From contig NC_068994.1 of assembly GCF_001194135.2 (NCBI RefSeq), positions 41,855,805 to 41,919,804 on the forward strand: DNA of 64,000 nucleotides, in the 5' to 3' direction. This DNA comes from Octopus bimaculoides. Lineage: Eukaryota. Under the pieces are notes generated by a model. That model worked only from the letters and a program-made list of their open reading frames with translations. It was not told where the DNA came from and did not search any database. The position numbers and the translations under genes were made by a program. Numbering within the stretch: position 1 is the first letter of the stretch; each line of letters starts with the position of its first letter. This document shows positions 12,144 to 25,437 of the stretch, in pieces.

Positions 12144-12943
12144 NNNNNNNNNNNNNNNNNNNNNNNNNNNNNNNNNNNNNNNNNNNNNNNNNNNNNNNNN
12201 NNNNNNNNNNNNNNNNNNNNNNNNNNNNNNNNNNNNNNNNNNNNNNNNNNNNNNNNNNNNNNNNNNNNNNNNNNNNNNNNNNNNNNNNNNNNNNNNNNNN
12301 NNNNNNNNNNNNNNNNNNNNNNNNNNNNNNNNNNNNNNNNNNNNNNNNNNNNNNNNNNNNNNNNNNNNNNNNNNNNNNNNNNNNNNNNNNNNNNNNNNNN
12401 NNNNNNNNNNNNNNNNNNNNNNNNNNNNNNNNNNNNNNNNNNNNNNNNNNNNNNNNNNNNNNNNNNNNNNNNNNNNNNNNNNNNNNNNNNNNNNNNNNNN
12501 NNNNNNNNNNNNNNNNNNNNNNNNNNNNNNNNNNNNNNNNNNNNNNNNNNNNNNNNNNNNNNNNNNNNNNNNNNNNNNNNNNNNNNNNNNNNNNNNNNNN
12601 NNNNNNNNNNNNNNNNNNNNNNNNNNNNNNNNNNNNNNNNNNNNNNNNNNNNNNNNNNNNNNNNNNNNNNNNNNNNNNNNNNNNNNNNNNNNNNNNNNNN
12701 NNNNNNNNNNNNNNNNNNNNNNNNNNNNNNNNNNNNNNNNNNNNNNNNNNNNNNNNNNNNNNNATATATATATATATACACTATGATCTACTTTTAGTTT
12801 CTGTCTACCAAATCCACTTACAAGGCTTTGGTGAGCCTGAGACTATGTTAGAAGACACTTGCCTAAGGTACCATGCAGTGGGATTGAACCCAGAACCATG
12901 TGGTTGGGAAGCAAGCTTCTTACCCCACAGCTATACCTGCACC
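11883..12943 (-). mobile_element. SINE family A, full length, internal (TA)n hidden in gap 12144-12763
   Basis: Tail at 11883, head at 12943, both halves collinear with the 57073 copy. Confidence 0.85.
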
Positions 12944-13049
12944 TATTTATTGCCAAGATATTTTTCACGTGATTGAAATTTACCATTTAGTTGTGGAAAG
13001 AATCCAAAATCCTAGCAATAATTATTAGTGAAGCTAAAAGAAAGGGGTG

Positions 13050-13325
13050 TTCCTAACCACATGGACTTGGGTTCAGTCCTACTGCATGGCAGATTGAGCA
13101 AGTGTCTTCTACTATAACCTTGTGCTGACCAAAGCCTTTTCAGTGGATTTGGCAGATGGAAACTGAAAGAAGCCCTTCGTACACATGTGTGTGTGTGTGC
13201 ATGGGTATGTCTTTGTGCCTGTGTTTGTCCCCCACCACTGCTTCACAACTTGTGTTAGTGTGTTTACATATCTGTAACTTAGCGATATATCAAAAGGGAT
13301 CGAGAGAATACCAACCAGGTAAAAG
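13050..13325 (+). mobile_element. SINE family A, partial
   Basis: ggttcagtcctactgcatggc..ccaaagcc..gtgtttgtcccccaccactgc. Confidence 0.8.
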
Positions 13326-13374
13326 CAAAAATGTAAAAGCAAAAATGTGACAGCTTGAGACAGGGAGAGCTGCA

Positions 13375-13520
13375 CTAGCACCCATCTGATACTTATTACA
13401 ATCTGGTAGAATGTACCAAGGTGGAATGAAATACCTTGTGTCAAGACACAACATGTTACCTAGCCCAGAAATTAAACCCACGACCTTATGATTATAAGCA
13501 GAACACCCTACTACTAAGCG
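13375..13520 (-). mobile_element. SINE family C-like head, decayed
   Basis: Reverse complement resembles the 17260 and 27628 heads. Confidence 0.55.
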
Positions 13521-15015
13521 ATGTATGTCCAAAATATTAAAGATACATAGGGCAATATAATTCTAAATATCCATGAACATATGACATGCTCATTGCTGAA
13601 ATACCTTCCATTATATTTCAGCTCAACTGAGGCTGACCTAGGGCTGAACAGCTACAATGATAATAACCCCCGCAAAAAAACAATACTCATTTTCAAAGAA
13701 ATTAGAGCAAAATCTCCACAAATTCCAGCTTATCATCTGAAAAGAAAGGCAAAATACATAGCGTAATGTAGTCCTAGATACACAAAGACTGGGAAAAAGA
13801 CACAATGGTCACAGTTAGAAAATCTTTTGGGACAAAAATATAGCTGAATCAGGGTTAGCTACACCCTGAAATCCAAGAAAACTGGTCTGTATAGATAGAG
13901 AGGAATCAATTTGAAAGTTTGTAGAAGACAGAGATATTGCATAGTCAACCCTAATCTTCTTTCTCTTTTTTTTTTTTTTTTCTCAATCTCTTTGGATTCC
14001 TACATTTTCAAACATGAAGATTATGATTCTGTAGACATCAACAAAATAAGTTTCTACCATTTTAATTGACAATTCTACCAGTTATTGGTTTATGTATTGT
14101 TTTTACAAAAATGTTTTTGAATTCTACATTTAAAAACAGAAATTATGATGCTATGGAAAAAATGTTTTAACCCTTTGCCTGTCCAAAGATTTTTATAAGT
14201 TTGTCCTGAATGTTCATGCTTGCTTTCAGACATTTAGTCAGCTTTCATTTCATATGTCATGAGCTGATATATTTGTGTTTGCTGAAGACCATCGACATTG
14301 CATTGTTGGTTGTGAGAAAGACTGATACAGTGTCATTTTTAACTGAATATAGAATCAGGCTGGTTGCATGGATTATAGCAAAAGTAACCTCACAAACGTT
14401 CAACAACAGATTTTATTGACAGAAAATTATTCATGTATCATACATAAATTATTATCGATTCACTGGTTATTAGAATAGTAAGTAAGGATAACTTTACTGC
14501 ATTGGCTTAGCCATTAATATCTGGAAAAGGGAAAAATGAAGATACAAGTCCAGTGCAAATTGTTAAAGCTTATGGGAGAGAGCTATGATATGACTTGCTA
14601 GAAAACCAACAGCAGTCTGGCATGATTTAGGTACCAAACTACTTAACTAGGGGAAAAGAATGCAGATCCCCAGAATATTCGAGATCCTGTTCATGCTATA
14701 ACTTCAAGCTGATTGGTCAATTTTTAGGTTGTCCACATGAAAGTCTGGTTGCTATGAACTGATAATTTCAGAGATGGAGTTCAAATCCTTACATGGATGT
14801 TCTGAATAATATAAAGGTTCCTTTTCATTAGTGCCAATTTACTTTGGTGGTTGGAAAACACTGGAATCATGTATCATATATGACGAATAGACACCAGGGC
14901 AGGCAACGGAATTGAATTTCCATTTTTTTTTCTTAAATTATTCCTACCCTGTCCCATCTTTCAGAATATCCACAGCTTCTTTGACACCATCTTATGGAAG
15001 TTTTCAAACTCATCT

Positions 15016-15056
<41 letters not shown>

Positions 15057-15062
15057 CCATAG

Positions 15063-15093
15063 ATGTCTAAAGAAGCAACACATTCTAGTTATG
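15063..15093 (+). CDS. Candidate 31-nt exon (MSKEATHSSY, phase 0 to 1), product unknown
   Basis: Long poly-T tract + gcccatag acceptor and atg|gtaaga donor. Confidence 0.45.
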
Positions 15094-15232
15094 GTAAGAA
15101 ATTGAACAAGGAGTATTTATCTAGCTGCACAGGTTTGGACACCTTCCAACAGATCAATAATTAACACAAGATAAGGCTTCCAAATTGGAAATGCAAGTTG
15201 TAAGTGTGGACATAGCATAGCCATATGTAGTT

Positions 15233-15468
<236 letters not shown>

Positions 15469-15880
15469 TACATCACATCACAAAACATTGGTCCCATTGG
15501 GATTATGAATTAAGAGACTTGTCAAGGATGGCAAATAATGGGATTGAACTTCAAACCAACTGGTTGAAAAAAGAATCTCATCACCACATAGTAATGAAAT
15601 TTTTAAAAAATGGAAAATTAGTTTGCCTTCCAGTTAAAAATCCAATCAGTTGAACCTTCTAAACCAGAGCACAACACTGCATGGAATACCAATGCATTAT
15701 GCTGGAGGGGAAATCAACAAGAGATAACTGTCATCCTAATCTAATACGTGGCAAAGATATAACATTAGCCTAATATATATTTTCATCTATTAACTCACTT
15801 AATTTATTAAAAAAAAAAAGGTTTTTTAAGCAAAAGAGACAATAAATTGCAAATAGCCAAAAGAAAAAAAAAAAAGAATT

Positions 15881-16245
15881 AAACAAGAGCACTCAGAGAG
15901 TGTAAACCTCCACCAAGGCAACACTAACATCCTCTCAACGATTAGCCGGAAATGATTTTTAACATGAGAAGATCTGAAATAAACTCGAGTGCTCTCACAA
16001 ACGCGAATATTAAAAATGAACCTGACCGCTCTCAAAACTTAAGTAAAAAAAATCGGAAAAATAATCCAGAATCCTTGTCTGGTACCGGATCAATCCCAAA
16101 ACCTAATCAGTTCATGCCAGTCATGAGGCCAAACATCCCTAAAAGTTTCATCCAAATCCATCCAATGGTTCTTGAGATATCTTGTCCACAGACTAACAAA
16201 CACAACTGAAAACAATACCTCTGCCTTTGCTAAGGTAGAGGTAAT
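15881..16245 (+). mobile_element. Non-autonomous Helentron/DINE-1-like (HINE-like) element
   Basis: 5' subterminal acctccaccaagg (15906-15918) and 3' hairpin acctctgcctt-tgct-aaggtagaggt (16217-16242); shares aagagcactcagagag start with 61332. Confidence 0.5.
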
Positions 16246-16568
16246 AAATAGATAATTAATAATAAATGAAAACCTAAAACCTGAAAATGTTTTAAAGAAG
16301 ATATTTAATTTATTTTTGTATAGTTTTTAGTTCCCCAGCTTACTAACGTTCCGAATGCTAAAATTAAGTTATTTGATAACATAGACCAAGGAAATAAATC
16401 AGCTTTATCCACCACTCAGTTTTTAAATCCTAAAATAATCTAATGTAATTTTGGCAGATCTGAGTTCCTGAAACGTCTTATATACTCACACAAATATGTA
16501 TGTAGATACTATATACATGTATATATATATATATACATACATACATATATAAATAAATNNNNNNNNNN

Positions 16569-16617
<49 letters not shown>

Positions 16618-16763
16618 CACATGTGTACCTATGTATATAATTGTGTATGTGTGTGAGTATATATATGTATGTATATGTGTACATGCACACACACATATAT
16701 ACATACATGTATTATATATATATGTGTATAAACACACACAGTCACACACTCACAAAAAGACTT

Positions 16764-16901
16764 AGGCATGGCTATATGATAAGAAGTTTGTTTCTCAGCC
16801 ATGTAGTTCCAGGTTCAATCCCACTGTGTGGCATCTCGGGCAGGTGTCTTCTACTATAACCTCAGCAGACGGAAACGGAAAAAAGCCTTCATATATAAAT
16901 A

Positions 16902-16937
<36 letters not shown>

Positions 16938-16940
16938 AGC
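16764..16940 (+). mobile_element. SINE family A, 5' half
   Basis: catggctatatgataagaagtttg..ggttcaatcccactgtgtggc. Confidence 0.8.
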
Positions 16941-17259
16941 GTTTGTGTTCATGAATGTGTGTGCTTTCACATGTCTTTGCAGTGGAACTGCTTATGCAAT
17001 GGTGACACTGTTTATGCCTTGTGTAACCAAAAAGACAAAGTAGCTCAGTTGTTTGACATGTGGAAATGTGAAGAAGCAGTACTCTACTTTATAAAAATAT
17101 TTAAAAAAAACAAAAACAAATGCTGACGTCAGGAAAGGTATCTGGCCATTGGATATTGGTTTCAGATTTTCACACAAGACCAGCAGTTTCAGGGGTGGGG
17201 TTGGGGGTGAGAAATTGATCACATCATCACCAATGCTCAACTGGCACTTACTTTATCGT

Positions 17260-17512
17260 GGAGGCACGTGGCTTAGTGGTTAAGGTGTTCAACTCATGAT
17301 CATAAGATTGTGGTTTCGATTCCTAGACCAGGCAACGCATTGCGTTCTTGAGCAAAACACTTCATTTCACATTGCTCCAGCCCACTCAGCTGGCGAAAGT
17401 GAGTAACCCTGTGGCTGACTGGCATCCCATCCAGGTGGGGAATTTATACACCATGGAAACCAGGAAACCAGCCCTTATGTGTCAACAAGACTCAAAATGG
17501 TAACTTTACCTT
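17260..17512 (+). mobile_element. tRNA-derived SINE family C
   Basis: A box tggcttagtgg, B box ggtttcgattcc, body gttcttgagcaaaacacttcatttcac. Confidence 0.8.
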
Positions 17513-17524
17513 CACCTTTAATTA

Positions 17525-17888
17525 CTTTATTGACCCAAAAGAATGAACGGTCGAGTTGATTTTGGTGGAATTTGAACTCAGAATGTAAAAACTGATGAAA
17601 TGCTACTAAGCATGTTGCCCACAGTGGTAGCAATTCTGCCAGCTCACTGCTTTACTGATTGAAAGAATATTGGTTTCAAATTTTGGCTCATGGGCTGCAG
17701 CTTCGAGAGAGGGGTTAAGTTGATTACATTGACCCCAGTGTTTCACTCGTACTTAATTTTATTGACCCCAAAAGGATGAAAGGCAAAGTCAACCTTGATG
17801 AAATTTGAACTCAGGATATAAAGATGGATGAAATGTTACTAACCATTTTGCCCGGCACAGTAACAATTCTACCAACTTGCCACCTTAT
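17525..17888 (-). mobile_element. Two consecutive SINE family B copies
   Basis: Core and gaatttgaactcag seen twice (about 17525-17650 and 17665-17888). Confidence 0.8.
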
Positions 17889-18860
17889 CTGGCCATATAA
17901 TATTACCTTAAGAATTCTCATCTTAATTCAGGCCAATGTGGAAAACAACAAATATGAAAACATAAAAACAAAGAAATATGTATGAAAGAGATGGATAGGA
18001 AAAAGTGTGGATGGATGTATCCATGCATGCGAACCAATTGAAGAATGCTCGTTGTTGTCAAGATGTGCCTAGAATAAATTAATAACAAAACTTATTCTCT
18101 GCTTGCTCCTCATTTATCATCAAAAGCTTATACTTGGTCTTAAGGCTCAAAAAGTGAATTCAGCAGAATTTTCATTTGCATAAAATAATTAGACTTCCTT
18201 AAATTTTGATTCAAATATCCCTAATGAGTCAAAAATAAAAATTGATTAGATAATTAACAAACCTCTATCTGTATATTTTATACATAATTAATGTCATTTA
18301 CTGCAATTTCATTGGTTTGTAAAATCTAAAAGAAATAAAAATCAAGTATTACATTTGAACTGCATGTAATGGAAGATTTACCCAGCAGAAACATTAGTCA
18401 CTGGCCTAAAGCTTGGGTAGTGTTTTTTTGTTATTTGATATTTTAGTTTGAGATATTTTTATGCATAAAATTAAATTTTGTTTTTAAATATACTAAATTA
18501 AATTTAAATATAAAAATATTTCTAAATGAATTAGATAACTTAGTTTAAGAATAATTTCTTATATTAGCCAATGCTACAAATGTGTAAGATGTGGGTGTGA
18601 TCAGTTTAATTAACCCTCATATACTACAGCTTCTTAATTTGTTGAATCCTAGATGTGGTCTCTTTGTTATCAATTGGTGTGCTAAAATTGCATTGAAATC
18701 GCCCTCATATTAAACCCTACCATCTTATTTTAAAAAGAATACATAGGCTAATGCTATTATAATTGTGTACTGCCTGCTAAATAATAATAATAATGATAAT
18801 AATAATAATAATAATAATTTATGTGGTATATATATGATTGATTGTATATACTTGAATGGT

Positions 18861-19200
18861 GTGCCATATATTTGATTGATGTAGTATACATTTTATTGAT
18901 GTGATATAAATTTGATTGGGGTAATGTACATTTGACCGATGTGGTATATATTTGATTGATGAAGTATACATTTGATTGACGTGATATATATTTGCTTAAT
19001 CTAGAGTACATTTGACTGATGAAGTACATATTTGATTGATATAGTATACATTTGATTGATGTGGTATAAATTTGATTAACGTTGTGTACATTTAATTGAT
19101 AAGATATATATTTGATTGATGTAGTATACATTTGATTTATGTGGTATATATTTGATTGATGTAGTACGCATTTGATAGATCTGGTATATATTTGATTATG
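18861..19200. repeat. 20-bp minisatellite, 17 units, alternating 40-bp dimer
   Basis: Units such as gtggtatatatttgattgat / gtagtatacatttgattgat in exact 20-bp register. Confidence 0.95.
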
Positions 19201-20052
19201 TGATTTTACGTTTGATTTGATTTTGCGTATATCTGATGCTATTTCACATAACAATCACCACAAGAATTAAATGCATTTACAAGTAGCATCCTCTTAGTAA
19301 GCTGCAGAAAACAGTTCAAACATATTGGTTCTACAGATGTGCCAGTAGGGCTAGTGAATATATGTCCACTGTGTGGTGATACAGAGTAAATAGTTGTTAT
19401 TCAAAGACCAAGGAACTGTCTTGAGTTTATCAGTAATTTGTACATGTTTTATTATTCATTTTAGTGGGGCTCTAAAGTCACCCTCATGCCCAAGCAAGCT
19501 TGTTGGGGATTGGGGTTGCTTCGTCAGTAATTGAAAGCCTCATCACATGCAAAGGGATTGCATTACCATACATGACTACCAATAGCACATCTCTGCCTGG
19601 TTTCATACCATGTATACACACACACACACACACTGATACACACATATACACAAACACACTTAGGCATACACATACACACATACATACACATATACAAACA
19701 AACACATTCACACATAGACATGTACACACTACACACATAAAATCATACACACACAAACATGATCAGACACACATACACACACACACACTAGAAATACTCC
19801 GTGATACGCAAACCATAAATCTCTATAACTTTTAAATCAAAATCAAGTGTCTTCCACATTTTCATTTTATATATATATATATATATGTATATACATATAT
19901 NNNNNNNNNNNNNNNNNNNNNNNNNNNNNNNNNNNNNNNNNNNNNNNNNNNNNNNNNNNNNNNNNNNNNNNNNNNNNNNNNNNNNNNNNNNNNNNNNNNN
20001 NNNNNNNNNNNNNNNNNNNNNNNNNNNNNNNNNNNNNNNNNNNNNNNNNNNN

Positions 20053-20085
<33 letters not shown>

Positions 20086-21581
20086 TTCTGTGTTTTATTT
20101 TTAATTTTGTTTTTGTTAAAGCTTCATTTGATGTGAAGGTTTTTCCACTAACTGATGTGATTTAAACAATGGCTTGTATTGGTTTCAAGGTAGCGTATGT
20201 CATTAAAATAGCATGCTAAATCAATATGTTAGTTTCTTCTTAAGTCTCTCTGCTTCTTGACTTTGAGCTTCTTAAAATGAACGATTTTTATGGCATTCAT
20301 TGAAGGGAAGTTTGGCATGTTAGTTTGTTTGTTTGTTTAAGAGATGTAGTGGAATGGAGTGGAGGTGAAAAAAAAGGGAAAGGGTAGAGTGTGCTGAGAG
20401 TGGTGTAATGAGAGAGAAAGAGAGAGAGAGGGGGGTAGGAGAGAAAGAGAGAATGTGAGGAAAATGTGTGAAGAAGAGTACGAGTAAGCTGGAAAACAGA
20501 GAGAGAGAGAGGATTAGGTGATTTCATGCATGTAAATGTATGCAAATACACACACACACACACACACACACTCATGTAACATGTATATATACATAGTAGT
20601 ATAAATATGTGTAAGCATAAGTATGTATATGTGTGTGTATGAAAGTGTGCATGTGTGCATGTATGTGTACATATGTATGCATATGTGTGCATATATATAT
20701 ATATATGTATGTGTATATGTAAGTATGTCTTTCTATCTATATATATATATATCTATCTATATATGTATATATATATATATGTGTATAAATATTTGTATGT
20801 ACGTATATGTATGTGTATATGCATCATCATGATGCATATATGTGTAAATACACGTGTGCATGTATATATATAAATATATATATATATTTATTTATTTATA
20901 TATATGTACATATGTGGTGTGTATAAAAACATATGTATAGACACCTATGTATATTCATACATATATATGCACATACATACATATAAATACATATATTTTT
21001 AAGTATGTATATATGTATGTATGTATGAACACATGTTTGTGCAATGAGAAAGAATAAAGTAGTCTCAGTAGATATAAGATATTTCTTGGAGGAACTATGA
21101 GAAATTACAAAAAAAAGCAAAAACAAGAACAAAACATAAAAGTGGAAGAGGGAAAAGATGTAAAAAAAAGAAAGAAAGAGAGAAAGTGTAACAGAAAAGA
21201 GGAGGAAATGGGTGGAAAAAGAAAAGGGAAATGAGATAGAAAGAGGGTGAAGAGAAAACAGAAAGTTAATTTGATGGTTGATTAAATCACTTTATCACTG
21301 AAACGCAGAAATATATACTTTCTATATATTAAAATAATGGGATTAGTATAGAGACTGTTGAAAAGATGATTAATTTTCAAACTCTTCTGTGAATTATTTG
21401 TAAATAATCATGGGAGACAGCGAGACAGCTAGGCTTGGAAAAGATTACTAAAGTTTATTACAACAATAGGTAATAATTAAACCCAGAATCTCAAAATACT
21501 TGTGTGAGTATGTATGCATTTATGTATATGTGTACGCATATATACATATATAGATGTATATATATATATATGTGTGTGTAC

Positions 21582-21617
<36 letters not shown>

Positions 21618-21776
21618 ACACACACACACACATGTATATATGGACATATACATATATATAGACATATATATGTATGTACATATCTCTATGTGTGTGTGTG
21701 CATATATATACTCATACATAATGCATNNNNNNNNNNGTGTGCATATATATACTCATACATAATGCATGCATGCATG

Positions 21777-21810
<34 letters not shown>

Positions 21811-22749
21811 TAAATATGTGTGTATCTATGTATGTATATGTAAATATATATGTCTGTGTGTGTGTGTGGTGTATAAGTATGTGTGTATTGGCTTTCGCCA
21901 GATCAAAAAAGAACATAAAATGGTAAGAAATAAAAATATGGCATCATCATTCATCATATTACACAACTTTTTGCAAATATTATTTTCTTTACTCCCAAAT
22001 TTTCGTCTGCAAAATAACCTCCAACCAAATATTTCTAAATCAAAACATTATTTTTCACTGTTTTTTCAAGATGAAAGAAAAACTTTTAAAGATAGTCTAG
22101 AGTAAATTTTCTTTCAAGGTATTATGAATCTTCTTGTATTGACATTAACTACAAAATTCTTCGTCTTATATTAATATTAGCAACAAATTCAACGAAGAAT
22201 TTTTAAATATTCTTGTATTTAAGATCAATATATAAATAAAAGTGGAGAAGAGTAAATAAATGATATCAATATTCTTNNNNNNNNNNNNNNNNNNNNNNNN
22301 NNNNNNNNNNNNNNNNNNNNNNNNNNNNNNNNNNNNNNNNNNNNNNNNNNNNNNNNNNNNNNNNNNNNNNNNNNNNNNNNNNNNNNNNNNNNNNNNNNNN
22401 NNNNNNNNNNNNNNNNNNNNNNNNNNNNNNNNNNNNNNNNNNNNNNNNNNNNNNNNNNNNNNNNNNNNNNNNNNNNNNNNNNNNNNNNNNNNNNNNNNNN
22501 NNNNNNNNNNNNNNNNNNNNNNNNNNNNNNNNNNNNNNNNNNNNNNNNNNNNNNNNNNNNNNNNNNNNNNNNNNNNNNNNNNNNNNNNNNNNNNNNNNNN
22601 NNNNNNNNNNNNNNNNNNNNNNNNNNNNNNCTGGAAATCTTATTTTATTAATTCCAAGTTCAAAATCTGTGCAAGAGAGTCATCAGAATCAAATTTTGTT
22701 TCAAAATTTTCATATATCAACAGCTTCTTCTTTTCTACAGTTTTTTCAT

Positions 22750-22760
22750 TCATACACACA

Positions 22761-22794
<34 letters not shown>

Positions 22795-22819
22795 CATATA
22801 TACATATATACTTCATACA

Positions 22820-22850
<31 letters not shown>

Positions 22851-22903
22851 GTACATACGTACATACATACATACATACATACATACACACACACATACAT
22901 ACA

Positions 22904-22935
<32 letters not shown>
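22750..22935. repeat. (TACA)n tetranucleotide microsatellite
   Basis: Read directly. Confidence 0.95.
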
Positions 22936-22937
<2 letters not shown>

Positions 22938-23039
22938 CATATTTATAAACTGAAGAGGAAGCTAATGATATGATTGGTTTTCCTAAACCAAATAGTTTCC
23001 TAAAAAGGTAAAAGACATATTCTTGTTTACAAATGGAAG

Positions 23040-23140
23040 TGTGGTAAGAAGTGTGCTTCTCAACTACATGGTCCCAGGTTCAGCCCCACTGCATGGCACC
23101 TTGGGCAAGTGCCTTCCCTATAGCCTCAGGTCAATCAAAG
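23040..23140 (+). mobile_element. SINE family A head, truncated at the transposon junction
   Basis: tgtggtaagaagtgtgcttctc..ggttcagccccactgcatggcaccttgggcaagt. Confidence 0.8.
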
Positions 23141-23156
23141 TACAATCTGAGGACAT

Positions 23157-23785
23157 GTACTGAGAGTAATAAAAATCAAACATCCAGTCAACATCATGAT
23201 GTTTGGAGTGATCACTAGCGATGGCGACTTTATACCTCTATTCATCTTCTCACACGCCCTCAGACTCAACACGGAGGCCTACATCAAGTGCCTGGAGGAG
23301 GAAGTGCTGCCCTGAGTCAAGAAGGTGGCTGCTGGAAGACCTTGTGTCTGGCAACAGGACTCTGCACCTCGCCACATAAGCAGGAGACCCCTCAGTCATG
23401 GCTGTCAGACAATTTCTGCAACCACATCGCCCCTAACATCTGGCCACCTAACTCCCCAGACTGCAACCCCCTTGCTTATTATGTGTGGGGAGCAGTTGAG
23501 CGAGAGACCAAGAAAGCTCTTTGTAACACCAAAGATGAACTGAAGACACAGATTATGGCAGCATACACCAACTTAAACAAGGAGACCATTCAGAAGAGTT
23601 GCAGAAAATTCCAAAGTTATCCAGAGGCCGTGGTTGAAGCTAATGTCAATTTTACTGAATAAATTTACTCCTTAGTATTTCAAGATATTTTCATGTAATC
23701 TTGGTAAATATATCTGTTAAAATGATATGTTGGTATTATTTTCATTTTTGCGTAATTTAGACGACAGCTCATTCACTGCACCGTG
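23157..23785 (+). mobile_element. maT/Bmmar1-like (DD37D) transposase relic, 3' half plus right TIR
   Basis: KHPVNIMMFGVITSDG..VWQQDSAPRH..WPPNSPDCNPLAYYVWG..; 37 residues between D and the third catalytic position (here A) after one frameshift; stop 23660-23662; TIR-like end ..cattcactgcaccgtg. Confidence 0.9.
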
Positions 23786-24460
23786 TGTGTGTGTGTATAT
23801 ATAAATATTTTTTATTTATTTATTTAGTTGTGTCTGCGGAGAGTCATTCTGTTTTACTGCCTTATTATTTAACACACTCACCAGTAAAGTTTCCACTCAT
23901 TTACTCATTTATTTTTCCCCAAAATTTTCGTTGTCTTGCAACATTTTCAATAGTCCAAACCCCCAAACCAAGTATATTTATTTATATATTGATCTAAGTT
24001 CACATGTATGTTGTAACCTGAATTTTTTGTCAGTGCATCATATGAATGTGAGTGAGTGTGTGTGCGTTTGTGTGTGTGTGCGTTTGTGTGTGTGTGTGTT
24101 GTGTGTGTGTGCCCGCATGTGTGCATGTTTGTATGTGCATGAATAGGTGTGTTTTTTTGCACTTTAATACAAGGTAAAGGTTCATAGGACAACCAAATGT
24201 ATTGAAGCTTAATAGAGACAGAGAACAAAGAAAAATTAATAGTGATCAAACATTTAAATCTTAACAGTTGTTGCACAAATTTGCACATCTGCATGACAAT
24301 AGTGTGGCTGAGTCATAGCGGGAACATTATTTTTTAATACAATGCAGAATTTGTTTTTACTGTTTATTAATTTTGTCTTTTTTTTTTACTTTATTTGGTT
24401 ATTTATTTTTTGTTATGTTTCATTGATAAAAAATATGTTGAACACAAAGTTTTAGACATA

Positions 24461-24502
<42 letters not shown>

Positions 24503-25437
24503 AATATATACATATATACACACATACACAAGCATGCATAGACATAAACATATGTATGTACATAAATACATATATGTATATATGTATATAGTTATACATA
24601 CATGTATATATATGTATGTATATATATGTATATATATATATATATATATATGTATATGTATATATACATATATGATCAAGCATGTGTGTGTGTCTGTGTG
24701 TGTGAGTATGTGTGTGTGTGCATGTGTATGGACAGAGAAAGAGAGTGAGAGAAAAAGTTAAACTATTGATGGAGTCACAAGTTCGCTTACACCCAACTTA
24801 GATTTTCTGCATGCATAAACACTAGAATGCATGCATGATACACACGCATGTGTGATATACTCACACACACACAGACATAGTCTCATGCAAGCATCCTCGT
24901 ACACATGCACCCAAGCACACGACACGCACATGAGATAATATCATATGAATAATTTGCTTTCCCATATATATTTTCTATATTCAGGTGTTAAATTATGAAA
25001 CATAGTAGAGCAGGTGAGAACTATTTGTCATTGTTTTTTCATGGGTCATAATAACAATTTACTGTACCCTGGCTGTCACGAAAGCAACCAAGTAAATGAA
25101 AGGTATCAACATGTCTAGCAGAGCATATGTAATTGAAATAAAGACTTTATGGCTACAATCACATCCTAATATTTAAAGTGTTATGCTAATAGAGGAGTGA
25201 AAATGGTGTGATTATAGCAGATAGTAAGGGGACAGAATGTACTTGTTGTTGTTGTTGTTGTTGCAGATGGTGATGGTAAGAGTATAGGAAGTAGTGGAAG
25301 TTGTTGTAGTTGAGGTAATGCTGTTGCTGTTGCTGTTGTTGTTAGTGATGATGACAATTGTCTGGGTGTTGATAAACCTGTTTATTAACATTATCTTCTT
25401 CCATCTCCTTCTTGTTTTTCCCTTATTATTACTTTAA

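Noticed and set aside
13622-13762. Candidate 141-nt + exon (phase 2 to 2)
   Set aside because: Phase incompatible with the RPL12-like exon; product unrecognised
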